64,000 nucleotides of DNA. Origin: a candidate division WOR-3 bacterium. Its GTDB lineage: Bacteria > Hydrothermota > Tepidihabitantia > Tepidihabitantales > Tepidihabitantaceae. A program made the position numbers and the translations under genes. The stretch covers positions 64,001 to 128,000 of the forward strand of contig CBFGJV010000001.1 of NCBI GenBank assembly GCA_965649205.1, given 5' to 3'. Below are positions 19,203 through 29,741 of the stretch, piece by piece. Each line of letters starts with the position of its first letter. Positions within the stretch are counted from its first letter, which is position 1. A model generated the notes under the pieces. It made no database searches, was not told the origin of the DNA, and was given only the letters and a program-made list of their open reading frames with translations.

Positions 19203-19484
19203 ATGCGCGGGCGCTCACTGCGTGCGGGTGGCCGTTCTGTCGGCCTCTTGGTTCTGGCTGTGCTGATAGCCGGAATAAGCGGCAGTGTGGTTTCCTATCT
19301 TTTAGCCGGATTGTTTCCGTCTGGACCGGTGCGCGATTTCTTCTTCAAATCTCTTGATATAGGAATACCCGAATTCACCCTGGCCCTGGGATTTGCGCGC
19401 CTGACCTTGGGTTTCTCTTTTTCTGTTACTACGTTCGCTGTGATGCTTGTGGTTCTAGCTATTTATCTCTGGTATAAGTTCTAA
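19203..19484 (+). CDS. Small membrane protein (DUF4321-like)
   Basis: Two hydrophobic helices flanking LDIG...TLALGFARLTLGFSF; upstream TTGATT-N16-TATTAT. Confidence 0.65.
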   Translation: MRGRSLRAGGRSVGLLVLAVLIAGISGSVVSYLLAGLFPSGPVRDFFFKSLDIGIPEFTLALGFARLTLGFSFSVTTFAVMLVVLAIYLWYKF

Positions 19485-19496
19485 AGACCTCTTAGG

Positions 19497-19533
19497 AAAA
19501 AAACGGGCGGCAGTGTTTGCCGCCCGTGGTTTT
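19497..19533. terminator. Bidirectional intrinsic terminator
   Basis: A-run + ACGGGCGGCA-N5-TGCCGCCCGT + GGTTTT between convergent genes. Confidence 0.8.
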
Positions 19534-19545
19534 AGCTCGTCTGAT

Positions 19546-22500
19546 CTAACGTTGGACTACCAGTTTTTCTGCCAGAACTGAGCCACCCGTTTCCATTCTT
19601 ACCACATAGATGCCTGGAGTCAGAACCTCCGCACAGTTCCATACAGTTGCGTGCCTGCCGGGTGCAGTCGGACCGTCCAGCAAAGTACTTACCAGACGGC
19701 CGGCCCGGTCAAAAACCCTGATGCGCGTGCGGCCGGCTGCAGCTACCGTATAGTGGATGACGACTGCGTTCTGCGCTGGCTTGGGGTGTAGCCACAGTTG
19801 CGGTTCCAGCAATAGCTCAGATTCATTTGCGGCAATCTCTCCGTTTGCAGCCGACTGGCCGAGCTCTTCGGTCCAGGCCGGGTCGGCGGAAGGTTTGTAC
19901 TCCCAGAATTCGTTTGAGTAAGAGCCTTTTAGACAGTAGATAGTGGAATCGACGGCTACCATGCTCGAGCCGCGCTTAATCTTCCGTTGCGGACCAGAGT
20001 AGGCCAGAGGTATATCCGTAAGCGGCACCCAGGAGTCTCTGGCGCCAAACTTGTAACCCCAGAGTTCCTGAGTATTTCCTCCCTTAAGCACCACCAGCCG
20101 ACCATTAAGGTAGGCCATGGAGGCTCCGCTCTTTATACGTTTGCTGCGGGGACCGAGCAGACTGGCCTGATCAAGGGTGTCAACCCAGGTATTGGCCAGC
20201 GGCCAGTAGGCGAATATGTCAAGCGTGTTGGAACCCTTCATTACGTAGAGGAAACTGTCTCCGTCGAAAACCATATCAGAGCCGTAGCGGCACTTGGCAA
20301 AGGCGTTAGGCGGTGGCGAAGGAATATCCGCCGCAGCCGACCAGAGGTCTGTTCTTACATCATACCGGTACAAGTTGTTGCTGCCGTTTCCCGGTATGCA
20401 ATAGACGGTTCCTTCCTGGCCATGATTGGGCACAAAGGCGAGCGCCGCTCCTTTCTTGGGCGGACGATAACTCCAGAGCTGTCCCAGATAGACCGGATTT
20501 TTGCTTTCCCAGGTATCCTTGGCGATGTCATAGCGATAGAAGTCGGTGCGTCCTCCTCCCTTGATGGCCCAGAGGGAGCCGAGCGTGCCGTGCAGAGGGT
20601 CAAAAGTAAGGTCACAGCCATCCTTGGCGCGACCGCCGGAAGGGGCTAAGGGCATGGGAGCAAGCGCTTCCCATTTTCTTGTGGACAAATCATAGCTCCA
20701 CAGTTCGTTGGTGCCAGAACCCTTCATCGCATACAAACGTTTGGTGGTTGGAGCATAGGCGAGGGTGGCGTTCTTGATGCGGCGTCGGAACCATCCCGGA
20801 GGAATATCTTCCCGCTGGACCCACGGTGAGATAAAGAACACCGTGCTCAGCGCATCGTTGGAGTCGGCCACATCTCCCCGCATTTTTGTGGAACACACAG
20901 CTACATAAGTGCCGACCGAAAAATCATAAGGGGGAAAGGTAACAAGGGCGGAATCGCCGGGCTTCAGGCCGGGAATTTGAACCATAGCGTCGTAGGATCC
21001 GGTTGTGGGACGGATATGCAGGTAGGTTCTGATTGTATCCCTGATCGAGCCAAGATTGCGGATTTTCACTACCGGCGAGATACGGCCCGGAAATGCGAAA
21101 CGTTCCGGCACCGACAGCTCCGACACTGCCGCGTCCTTGTACAGTTTGCTCAACCTGATGGCCCGGCCCGCAGTAAGGCGGTTCGCCAGACCATGCACAG
21201 AACTGCTCAGGGGAGCGCGACCATAGAGGTAGTTTAGGCCGTCTGTACCGTCGGCGTTCTCCAGACCTACTGAGGCGTAGCGTCCGCCGTCAAAAAGCAG
21301 ATTGCCCGTCGTTACATCGGCATACTGGAACACGACAGCGCCATTTTCGTGCAAGGTCACCTCAAAACTGACGCGGTCGGAAGTGTTGGCGCCGGGCCGG
21401 ACACGCCAGGCATCCTGCCAGATAACGGTAAAAGTGCGGTTGGGGGGAAGTCCCTGGTTTTTGAAATACACCTTGCCGCCACCATACTGAGAGCCAAAAG
21501 CAAAGTTGTCCCACCAGGGATAGATGCAACGGTTCGGCAGGGCGGGATTGGGCAAGGCAGAAGGCACCGATTCGTTTGTGCCCTGGTCCGCGCCCAAGGC
21601 CAACCAGCCGTTGGTGCACACGTACACAAAGTTGTACGAAGTGTCGTAGTAAGGGAAATCGAAACCGATAGGCACAAAGATGCGGGCTTCGTCTCCTGAG
21701 GCAATGGCCACATAGGCTCCAGAGGTATCAATCCAGTTGAAGGTAGGACCGTCGGTGGTGTCTGAATCGATCCAGCCATAGCCAAGCCCGCTGGTGCCGG
21801 TGTGGGCGCCCTTGATTATGTCCACCGTGAACCGTTTATCGTTGTTCTGATAGACTGTGTCGGGCCTTATTACCGGCATCACGCGAGTCTGCACTATTAC
21901 CGAGCACCGTTCTGCGGCAGTAGGAACCCAGGGGCGAAAGCTGACTATCGTATCAGAAGAATTGGGCAAATTCTCTACCGCTACCGCATCGGCGTAGCGC
22001 AGGATACGCGGGGCACCGAAGATGGAGCAGGTAACGATGACATTCTGGGAGGTGCCCAGGGTGCTTATATTTTCTATCCGGGCGCGGGGGACAACAGGCC
22101 GGTCGAAGGGTCTCTGCACAAAGTCATACCAAGGTTCAGAGACATAAAGCGTACGGGCGTCAACCAGCGGGTCGCCCAGGGACTCATAATTCACACAAGC
22201 GCGGATCATGTAGTCGCCGGGCGGAGTATCGGCGAGCACGGTGCCGGCGCGATACTGCCATACTCGCGCCGGGTAGTTCAGGGTTTGGTCAATTCCCAGC
22301 TCCGGACACTCCGGCGGTTCGCCTACCTGCAGATAGAAAATGTAAAAGGTGCCGTCGGGAAAGGCCAGTGCCTCCCCGGTGTCTGCCAGGAATACCGAAT
22401 TCCATCCGTCGTATCCAGTGAGAACTGCAGTCTTAAAATAGGGCTGAGGTTCGGGTCGGCCGCCCGCGTCTCGGTATATGGCCAACTGATACCTGCGGTG

Positions 22501-23547
22501 TGCAGGGTCAGGCGGACACCTTAGGTATACGTGGGCCGATTCCAGATAGACTGCTTGACCGCCCGGCGTATTGAACTTCACTCCCCAGCCGTAGTGACCC
22601 ACTGGCCAGTCCAGATGCTGCGCAGCCAGGTCTGTGCAGTAAGATATTTTTTCCACGAAGCTCACGGTGAAATCTCTGCTGAGTGTGTCGTTAGCACGAT
22701 TGTCGTCGTTTGGGGCCCAGCACCAGAATTTTATATGGTAGTCGCCTGCAAACAGACTATAGGGCGGCTCAAAGAATATGGTGGTATCCGGTCCTCCCGC
22801 TCGCAAATAGGGGATAGTGACGTTCCAGGTGAAAAGCGGGTTCATGGATTCGTCATACAACTCGCAAGTCAGAGGAACATCGACCTGGTCTGTACGTCCC
22901 CAATTGGCAAAGCTTGCGGCAGGAATCAATTCACCCGGAAGTATTGTGGTACGAGGCGTAATGATGCTACAACAGGCCACATCGTAATTCGGAATCGGGT
23001 CTCCCTCCAAGCGCACGTCATCGATACACCACCACTTGATATTAGCCAGGTCTCCGGAGAAAACCCAGGCCAGAATTACCGATGGTTTGTTCTCGGCCGC
23101 GGGCAGGGAGAAAATCTCCTTTACCGAGTCAACATTACGGTCGTGATAGTTGGCCAAGGTGATGAAGCTTGCACCCCCGTCAACCGAATAGCACAGCACA
23201 GCCGTGTAGGGACGGGATAGCTGGCGGTTGAAGAAAGTGGTTACGCGCAACCTGATATTGCGGAAACCGGAACAGTTTATAGGTTCTGTCAGCAAACTGT
23301 CGGGTGTTGAGTCAGGGTACAAGTTCCAGAATATGGCGGCGTAGCGGGTAGGATTCGAAAGCCAAGGAGAAGAACCCGCCTCTTTACGGTGCCAGTCGTC
23401 TGATCCTTCTGCTGGTCCAGTATGGAAAATGCGCCACCCGGGAGGAGGAGAGCCGGTCGTCCAGTTGGAATTGAAATCCTGCGACATGATGACCGCTCCG
23501 AGAATTGTGCTGCTTAGAAAAGCCAAACAAATAAATACGCTACGCAT
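19546..23547 (-). CDS. Large secreted multidomain protein with beta-sandwich/Ig-like domains, six-blade Kelch-type propeller and T9SS-like CTD
   Basis: AAGGAG RBS; signal peptide; six Y-x-x-K-G-x-x-T-x-E-x-W-x-Y-D-like repeats; CTD FDRAGRLV...GIYVVR...KLVVQR. Confidence 0.85.
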   Translation of the reverse strand: MRSVFICLAFLSSTILGAVIMSQDFNSNWTTGSPPPGWRIFHTGPAEGSDDWHRKEAGSSPWLSNPTRYAAIFWNLYPDSTPDSLLTEPINCSGFRNIRLRVTTFFNRQLSRPYTAVLCYSVDGGASFITLANYHDRNVDSVKEIFSLPAAENKPSVILAWVFSGDLANIKWWCIDDVRLEGDPIPNYDVACCSIITPRTTILPGELIPAASFANWGRTDQVDVPLTCELYDESMNPLFTWNVTIPYLRAGGPDTTIFFEPPYSLFAGDYHIKFWCWAPNDDNRANDTLSRDFTVSFVEKISYCTDLAAQHLDWPVGHYGWGVKFNTPGGQAVYLESAHVYLRCPPDPAHRRYQLAIYRDAGGRPEPQPYFKTAVLTGYDGWNSVFLADTGEALAFPDGTFYIFYLQVGEPPECPELGIDQTLNYPARVWQYRAGTVLADTPPGDYMIRACVNYESLGDPLVDARTLYVSEPWYDFVQRPFDRPVVPRARIENISTLGTSQNVIVTCSIFGAPRILRYADAVAVENLPNSSDTIVSFRPWVPTAAERCSVIVQTRVMPVIRPDTVYQNNDKRFTVDIIKGAHTGTSGLGYGWIDSDTTDGPTFNWIDTSGAYVAIASGDEARIFVPIGFDFPYYDTSYNFVYVCTNGWLALGADQGTNESVPSALPNPALPNRCIYPWWDNFAFGSQYGGGKVYFKNQGLPPNRTFTVIWQDAWRVRPGANTSDRVSFEVTLHENGAVVFQYADVTTGNLLFDGGRYASVGLENADGTDGLNYLYGRAPLSSSVHGLANRLTAGRAIRLSKLYKDAAVSELSVPERFAFPGRISPVVKIRNLGSIRDTIRTYLHIRPTTGSYDAMVQIPGLKPGDSALVTFPPYDFSVGTYVAVCSTKMRGDVADSNDALSTVFFISPWVQREDIPPGWFRRRIKNATLAYAPTTKRLYAMKGSGTNELWSYDLSTRKWEALAPMPLAPSGGRAKDGCDLTFDPLHGTLGSLWAIKGGGRTDFYRYDIAKDTWESKNPVYLGQLWSYRPPKKGAALAFVPNHGQEGTVYCIPGNGSNNLYRYDVRTDLWSAAADIPSPPPNAFAKCRYGSDMVFDGDSFLYVMKGSNTLDIFAYWPLANTWVDTLDQASLLGPRSKRIKSGASMAYLNGRLVVLKGGNTQELWGYKFGARDSWVPLTDIPLAYSGPQRKIKRGSSMVAVDSTIYCLKGSYSNEFWEYKPSADPAWTEELGQSAANGEIAANESELLLEPQLWLHPKPAQNAVVIHYTVAAAGRTRIRVFDRAGRLVSTLLDGPTAPGRHATVWNCAEVLTPGIYVVRMETGGSVLAEKLVVQR

Positions 23548-23808
23548 GCCATACTCCTTTCTTTGTATCAGACAGGGGTGTTATCATCAAAACCGGGCCG
23601 TCGCTCTGGTTTTTAGACAGAGAAGCGCCTTAGTAAAATTATAGAACGCGGCCTATCAGTGTCAACAATCGTCCCCCTGAACCGCACTACCTTGCGGGCG
23701 ATGTTAGTCGGGTTTGTTTTGTCGTCGACATTCGTGGTACGGTAATTTGGGTGGAAACAGGACAGTTCGTACAGAGAGCAGGCACAGACGCGAAGTCAGT
23801 CTGCACTT

Positions 23809-24057
23809 TTGCAGATAACGCCGAATCTCATTGCGAACGGTTTTGTCACGCTTAGGATGCAGGGTTTCAGGGGCGCCGGGGGTCAGGTGAAGGTGTATGA
23901 TGCAACAGGTCGGTGTGTACTGACTCGGCATCTGGCGGTTTACAACCGAGAGCCGGACATACCGCTCAACCTGTGGAAGTTGTCTGCGGGCCTGTACCTT
24001 GTGCAGCCGGACATTGCTGGTTTGACCGCTTCCCGAAGGCTGGTGGTGTATAAGTAG
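23809..24057 (+). pseudogene. Orphan T9SS-like C-terminal domain (gene remnant)
   Basis: ITPN...VKVYDATGRCV...LSAGLYLV...RRLVVYK with no signal peptide or cargo domain; in-frame stop shortly upstream. Confidence 0.6.
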
Positions 24058-24168
24058 TTCGGAGAAGACAGAAACGGAAAACAGTAGCAGGCCTTTCTCG
24101 CGCGTTACTGCGCTGCACTGCGACGAGCACGAAGAAAGATTGGAGCTGCTTCGGGCGCAAAAAACGGC

Positions 24169-25539
24169 TTAGTCTGATCTGTCTTGTTTCTGCCTGCGTT
24201 TTCTGAGTTCTGCCTCAAAGCCGCGGTCGGTAGGGTGGTAGTACCTGCGACCTCTGAGGGGTTCAGGCATGTGTTCCTGCTCTACCTTAGCGTCCGGGAA
24301 GTCGTGGGCGTACTTGTAGCCTTTGCCGTACCCCAGACCTTTCATCAATTCAGTAGGCGCGTTACGCAGGTGCAGGGGCACAGGCAGGGTCTCGGTTTCC
24401 AAGGCGTCCCTTTCGGCGTTTTCATAGGCTACATAGAGTGCGTTTGACTTCGGGCAAAGAGCAAGGTACACGACTGCCTGAGCCAGAGCGGTGTTGCCTT
24501 CGGGCATTCCTATGAAATGCACTGCATCTTTAGCCGCATTGGCGATAAGTAGAGCGTTGGGCTGGGCCAGACCTATATCTTCAGACGCAAACCGCACCAG
24601 CCTGCGGGCGATGTATAAGGGGTCTTCGCCTGCCTCCAACATCCGGGCCAACCAATAAAGGGCCGCGTCCGGGTCTGAATCGCGCAGGGATTTGTGCAGG
24701 GCAGAAATGAGGTTGTAGTGCTGTTCGCCCGCCTTGTCGTAGAGCAGGAACTTGCGCTGGATGATGTCCTTTACCAGATTCAGGTCTATCGTTCGCTTAC
24801 CTTCATTATCGGGTTCGGCCGCAGTGACCGCCAGCTCTAGCGCGGTGAGCGCAGAACGGGCATCGCCCTGAGAAATCATCGCTATGTATTCCAGGGCATC
24901 TTCCGCCACTCTAGCCTTGAATGCGGTCAGACCATTTTCAGAGGCGAGCGCCCGGTTCATCAGCATTTTCAGGTGTTCGGGTCTGAGTTGCTCAAGGACA
25001 TATACGCGAGTGCGGGAAAGCAGGGGTGCTATGACTTCAAACGACGGGTTCTCGGTGGTAGCGCCGATGAGTACGATACGGCCGGATTCTACGTGAGGCA
25101 GGAAGGCGTCCTGCTGGGCTTTGTTGAAGCGGTGAATCTCGTCCACAAAAACAATAGTCTGTCTGCCATGATTTCGGCGTTCAAACTCGGCCCGTTTGAC
25201 CACTTCTCGTATGTCAGCCACACCAGAGGTTACGGCGGAGAACTGAATGAAGTAGGCTTTGGTGTAGCGGGCAATGGTCAGAGCAAGAGTAGTCTTGCCT
25301 GAGCCTGGAGGTCCCCAAAATAGCATGGAGTGGAGTTCGCCTTTTTCAATCATGCGGCGCAGGGGTCTGTCTTTGCCCAGGAGATGATCCTGGCCGATAA
25401 TCTCATCCAGCGTCTGCGGCCTCATTCTCTCCGCCAACGGAGTGGATAGGGGTCTATTGTCTAAAGTATGCTCCGAGGCAGAAGTGGCGGCGTCAGAAGC
25501 CGAGGACTGGTTTGTGGGAATGGAAGTTGGGTCGGACAC
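24169..25539 (-). CDS. rarA: Replication-associated recombination protein A (MgsA/RarA AAA+ ATPase)
   Basis: [57 protein letters not shown]. Confidence 0.96.
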   Translation of the reverse strand: MSDPTSIPTNQSSASDAATSASEHTLDNRPLSTPLAERMRPQTLDEIIGQDHLLGKDRPLRRMIEKGELHSMLFWGPPGSGKTTLALTIARYTKAYFIQFSAVTSGVADIREVVKRAEFERRNHGRQTIVFVDEIHRFNKAQQDAFLPHVESGRIVLIGATTENPSFEVIAPLLSRTRVYVLEQLRPEHLKMLMNRALASENGLTAFKARVAEDALEYIAMISQGDARSALTALELAVTAAEPDNEGKRTIDLNLVKDIIQRKFLLYDKAGEQHYNLISALHKSLRDSDPDAALYWLARMLEAGEDPLYIARRLVRFASEDIGLAQPNALLIANAAKDAVHFIGMPEGNTALAQAVVYLALCPKSNALYVAYENAERDALETETLPVPLHLRNAPTELMKGLGYGKGYKYAHDFPDAKVEQEHMPEPLRGRRYYHPTDRGFEAELRKRRQKQDRSD

Positions 25540-25545
25540 AGGTCC

Positions 25546-25613
25546 ATTATAGGCCCAGAACCGCTGGGTTGCAACCGATGTTGCCTTGACACTCCTGACG
25601 GGAGCTATAGAAT
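25546..25613. promoter_or_regulatory. Back-to-back sigma70 promoters for rarA (-) and secA (+)
   Basis: Minus TTGCAA-N17-TATAAT-N6-GTG; plus TTGACA-N16-TAGAAT-N7-ATG. Confidence 0.75.
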
Positions 25614-25620
25614 CCCGCCG

Positions 25621-28600
25621 ATGCTGGAAACTCTTCTGGGCAGGATATTTGGCACAAAAAATGAGCGCGAGCTGAAGAAGTTATGGCAGCGGGTGGCAGA
25701 GATAAATGCCGTCTATGAAAAGTTGAGTTCTCTTTCTGCCGCCGATCTGCCCAAGAAGACAGAGGAATTCGTGGCTCGCGTGCGCGATGGCGAACCACTC
25801 GACGACATTCTTCCGGAAGCCTTTGCCTGTGTGAAGCTGGCCTGCAAGCTGCTTGTTGGCAAGCAGTGGCCTGTAGCGGATGTGATGCAGACCTGGAATA
25901 TGGTGCCATTTGACGTCCAGCTCATTGGAGGCATCGTGTTGCATCAGGGCAAGATTGCCGAGATGAGGACCGGCGAAGGCAAGACCCTGGTGGCCACGAT
26001 GCCCTTGTACCTGAACGCGTTGGAAAAGAAGGGGTGCCACCTGGTTACGGTGAACGATTATCTGGCAAGGCGCGACCGGGAATGGATGGGTCCGGTTTAT
26101 GAGTCTCTGGGGCTCACTGTTGGCGTCATTCAAATGGGTATGGAACCGGAAGAACGCAAACCGCAGTATATGGCTGACATCACCTACGGCACGAATAACG
26201 AATTCGGTTTCGACTACCTGCGGGATAATATGGTAGTACGGCTGCAGGATAAGGTGCAGCGTGGGCATCACTATGCCATAGTGGACGAGGTTGATTCCAT
26301 CCTGATAGATGAAGCGAGAACCCCGCTTATCATCTCCGGTCCAGTGGAGACTACGGATAAGGGCTATGACCGTCTCACGCCTATGGTGCGCAAGCTGTTC
26401 GGTCAGCAGTCCCTGCTTGTAAATCGTATTGTTGAGGAAGGTGAGAAACTCTGGGCCGAGGGCAAGGAAGCGGAGGCAGCGGTGAAGTTTCTGCAGGCCA
26501 GAAGAGGTGCTCCTAAGCATAAGCGGCTGGCCAAGGTAGAACGGCAGGAGGGCGTGAAGAAGCTGATAGACAAAACCGAACTTGATTTCATGCGGGAAAA
26601 GCGTCTACATGAACTGGATAGGGAACTATACTTTACCATAGACGAAAAAAGTCATGCTGTCGCCCTGACAGATAAGGGACGTCAGGCTTTGGCACCGGAC
26701 GACCCGGATATGTTTGTGACCCCCGACCTTTCGGAAGAGCTGGGACGGATTGATGCTGATCGGAACCTGACGCCAAAAGAGAAAGTATATGCGCGCGAGA
26801 AGGCGTATCAACGTTATGCCGAGAAGTCTGAAATGCTTTCCAACCTGCAGGCACTGCTCAAGGCTTTCTCCCTGTTCGAAAAGGACGTGGATTATGTGGT
26901 ACAGGATGGCAAGGTTATCATCGTGGACGAGTTCACGGGCAGGCTGATGCCCGGCCGCAGGTATTCAGACGGATTGCACGGCGCCCTGGAAGCCAAGGAA
27001 AATGTGCAGGTTCAGGGAGAAACTCAGACTTTTGCTACCATAACCTTGCAGAATTACTTTCGTATGTATAAGAAACTGGCGGGTATGACAGGGACAGCCG
27101 TTACTTCCGCCACCGAGTTCTATTCCACATACAAACTGGACGTGGTTTCCATACCTACCAATGAGCCGGTGAGGCGCATTGACTACCCGGATGTTGTGTA
27201 CAAGACTAAGAGGGCCAAATATGATGCGGTTATAGCTGAAATTGAGAAATGGCATAAGCTTGGCAGGCCGATTCTGGTTGGCACCACCTCGGTGGAAGTT
27301 TCGGAGGTCATCTCCCGTATGCTGAGGCGGGCAGGCATCAACCACCAAGTGTTGAACGCGAAGTATCACCAGCAGGAAGCAGAGATTATCGCCCGGGCCG
27401 GTCAGATGGGAGCCGTAACTATCGCCACGAATATGGCTGGTCGCGGTACCGACATCAAGCTGGGGCCCGGTGTGGTGAAGGGAGAGGGTTGTTATTTGGT
27501 GAAGCCAAGTGGTCGTCCCTGTCAGTACTGGGAAGAACAGCCCGGCCGGTGTAACCGCGAGGTGCCGTGCGGATTGTACATCATCGGTACAGAACGACAT
27601 GAGGCGAGAAGGATTGACGACCAGTTGCGGGGGAGAAGCGGAAGGCAGGGAGATCCGGGGTCTTCGCGCTTTTTCCTCTCGCTTGAGGATGACCTGATGC
27701 GTCTTTTCGGTTCAGAACGGGTGGCGGCAATAATGGACCGCTTCGGCGCCGCTGAGGACGAACCTATGGAACATCCGCTGGTTACCAAAGCTATTCAAAA
27801 TGCGCAGAAGCGGGTGGAAATGCGAAATGCAGAAATCAGACGCCATCTGCTGGAGTATGATGATGTTATGAACCGGCAGCGTGAGGTTGTTTACACTCTG
27901 CGCGATGCCATTATGGCCGCACCTGCTGGCGCGCCGGACTCAGAAGATAAACCCCGTTCTGCTCTAGATGGGACCGCTGCTTTGCAGGCGGAAGCAGCAA
28001 TAACACAGACCGATTCTGGCATGCAACCGGTTCGGGATTTAAAGTCAATTTATCAGGAAATGGCGGCAGGTCTGATAGACTCCCTGGTCAGAAAATACGC
28101 CTCGTCTCGCTACGCGGAGGACTGGGACTGGGATGGTATTGTTGGTGAATTCGGCCTGGTTTTTCTCGCTGACATACAACTTGCGCCCGAGCAGCGCAGG
28201 TTTCAGAAACAGGAAACCCTAACGCAGCTATTGACAGAGGTGGCTTTCCGTCGTTATGATGAGCGTCGGGAGGAGCTGGGGGAGGTGTTGTTTGCGGACC
28301 TGTGCCGTTATGTTTTCCTGCGCACGCTGGACGCGAAATGGCGGGAACACCTGTACGCGCTGGATATGGTGCGTGAAGGTATCGGGCTCCAGGCATACGG
28401 CCAGAAGGACCCGCTGGTTGAGTACAAACAGGAGTCCTTCCGGATGTTCGAGGAAATGATGGCCGAATTCCGCCAGGAAGCCCTATCCTTATTGTTCCGT
28501 GCTCAGGTGCAGGTGGCGGATAATGCACGACGGCAGTCGCCGCGTCGTGTTATACGTGCCTATAAACCTGCGACAGACGGAAAGAGCACTCAGGCGGCAG

Positions 28601-28707
28601 CACAACCTGCTCCGGTCCGTCGTACAGAGGCAAAGGTGGGACGGAACGACCCGTGTCCGTGCGGTTCGGGTAAGAAGTATAAGAAGTGTTGTGGACGACA
28701 AACTTAA
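25621..28707 (+). CDS. secA: Preprotein translocase subunit SecA
   Basis: [55 protein letters not shown] motif; start at ATG 25621 just after the -10 box. Confidence 0.98.
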   Translation: MLETLLGRIFGTKNERELKKLWQRVAEINAVYEKLSSLSAADLPKKTEEFVARVRDGEPLDDILPEAFACVKLACKLLVGKQWPVADVMQTWNMVPFDVQLIGGIVLHQGKIAEMRTGEGKTLVATMPLYLNALEKKGCHLVTVNDYLARRDREWMGPVYESLGLTVGVIQMGMEPEERKPQYMADITYGTNNEFGFDYLRDNMVVRLQDKVQRGHHYAIVDEVDSILIDEARTPLIISGPVETTDKGYDRLTPMVRKLFGQQSLLVNRIVEEGEKLWAEGKEAEAAVKFLQARRGAPKHKRLAKVERQEGVKKLIDKTELDFMREKRLHELDRELYFTIDEKSHAVALTDKGRQALAPDDPDMFVTPDLSEELGRIDADRNLTPKEKVYAREKAYQRYAEKSEMLSNLQALLKAFSLFEKDVDYVVQDGKVIIVDEFTGRLMPGRRYSDGLHGALEAKENVQVQGETQTFATITLQNYFRMYKKLAGMTGTAVTSATEFYSTYKLDVVSIPTNEPVRRIDYPDVVYKTKRAKYDAVIAEIEKWHKLGRPILVGTTSVEVSEVISRMLRRAGINHQVLNAKYHQQEAEIIARAGQMGAVTIATNMAGRGTDIKLGPGVVKGEGCYLVKPSGRPCQYWEEQPGRCNREVPCGLYIIGTERHEARRIDDQLRGRSGRQGDPGSSRFFLSLEDDLMRLFGSERVAAIMDRFGAAEDEPMEHPLVTKAIQNAQKRVEMRNAEIRRHLLEYDDVMNRQREVVYTLRDAIMAAPAGAPDSEDKPRSALDGTAALQAEAAITQTDSGMQPVRDLKSIYQEMAAGLIDSLVRKYASSRYAEDWDWDGIVGEFGLVFLADIQLAPEQRRFQKQETLTQLLTEVAFRRYDERREELGEVLFADLCRYVFLRTLDAKWREHLYALDMVREGIGLQAYGQKDPLVEYKQESFRMFEEMMAEFRQEALSLLFRAQVQVADNARRQSPRRVIRAYKPATDGKSTQAAAQPAPVRRTEAKVGRNDPCPCGSGKKYKKCCGRQT

Positions 28708-28798
28708 AGGAGTAAGCGTAAACGAGTATCGAATCTGACGAGAGGAACAAAGAAACGCCGACCCACATCGGGTGGCACTAACCAGTAGAGGAGGTACG

Positions 28799-29176
28799 AT
28801 GGCTCAAGGAAATAAGAGCCGGATAATAGTCTGGACGATAGTAGGTATCCTAGTAGTCGCCGCGGTTATCTTTCTGGTTGTAGCCCGTAGAGGGGCGACG
28901 GTGACCGCTCGGTTTGCCGCTGATGACGCTGCCAAGTACGTGGAAAGAACAACCAGGCGACTTGAGAAGATGGCCGCAGAGGCAACGGACTTCAGAGCTC
29001 AGTTTGGAACCGACCCAGCTTTTGCCCAGTTTGACAGTATTATGGAACTGGCCCGGGCCGGTTTGCAGGAAATGCAGAGCATAACTGACGAAAAGTTGTT
29101 GGAGGATAAGCGCAAGGAGATTGAAGGCTATCGTAATGCCCTACAGGACCTTCTGAGACCCTTCAAGAAAAAGTAG
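28799..29176 (+). CDS. Bitopic helical hypothetical protein (paralog A)
   Basis: GAGGAGG RBS; KSRIIVWTIVGILVV TM followed by a helical domain. Confidence 0.75.
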   Translation: MAQGNKSRIIVWTIVGILVVAAVIFLVVARRGATVTARFAADDAAKYVERTTRRLEKMAAEATDFRAQFGTDPAFAQFDSIMELARAGLQEMQSITDEKLLEDKRKEIEGYRNALQDLLRPFKKK

Positions 29177-29200
29177 TAGCTCGCGCAGCTTTGGCACGTC

Positions 29201-29233
29201 CTTGCGGCGGAAGTGATTGGCTTCCGCCGCAAG
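29201..29233 (+). terminator. Strong hairpin between the paralogs
   Basis: CTTGCGGCGGAAG-N7-CTTCCGCCGCAAG perfect 13-bp stem followed by ACTTT. Confidence 0.7.
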
Positions 29234-29307
29234 ACTTTAAACGCTTGACCGTCGGTGTAGTGCATATATACTGGGTAATGTGACAATAGATAGGATGGGC
29301 AGGATGT

Positions 29308-29715
29308 TTGTCAGGAGGTAAGGTGAAGGCCAGAATCATTCTTTGGAGTGTCGTCGGGCTTCTTGTAATTTTGGGAATTGTGCTGATAGTAGCGACGTCG
29401 GGAAGACGTCCGACGGTACGCAAGACCTTAGAAAGCGTTCAGCTGCACGCAGACAGGACCTACCGTCAGCTGGAGCGTATCCGCGTGAGTGTTGACAGTT
29501 TACGTGCCAGCGCACAAAGCAGCCCGGATATGGCTCAGAAGTTGGAAGAGTTTGATCGTCTGGTGGCAGCTGCAAAGGAGAAGTTGGAGCAGGTCAAGTC
29601 CGCAACGACTGTGCGTGACGCAGAAAACTGGCTCCGGGAAGCAAAAGAATTGGTACGTCAGGCTCGCCGAAAATCTGAGCTAATTGGTGGTACACATCCG
29701 CTGCGCAGCAAATAG
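29308..29715 (+). CDS. Bitopic helical hypothetical protein (paralog B)
   Basis: KARIILWSVVGLLVI TM followed by a helical domain; own TTGACC-N16-TATACT promoter. Confidence 0.72.
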   Translation: MSGGKVKARIILWSVVGLLVILGIVLIVATSGRRPTVRKTLESVQLHADRTYRQLERIRVSVDSLRASAQSSPDMAQKLEEFDRLVAAAKEKLEQVKSATTVRDAENWLREAKELVRQARRKSELIGGTHPLRSK

Positions 29716-29741
29716 CGTTATTGTGGACTGGCACCTCTAAA

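Noticed and set aside
25468..25620. 51-aa N-terminal extension of SecA in the ORF track
   Set aside because: Overlaps rarA and both promoters; SecA homology begins at ATG 25621.
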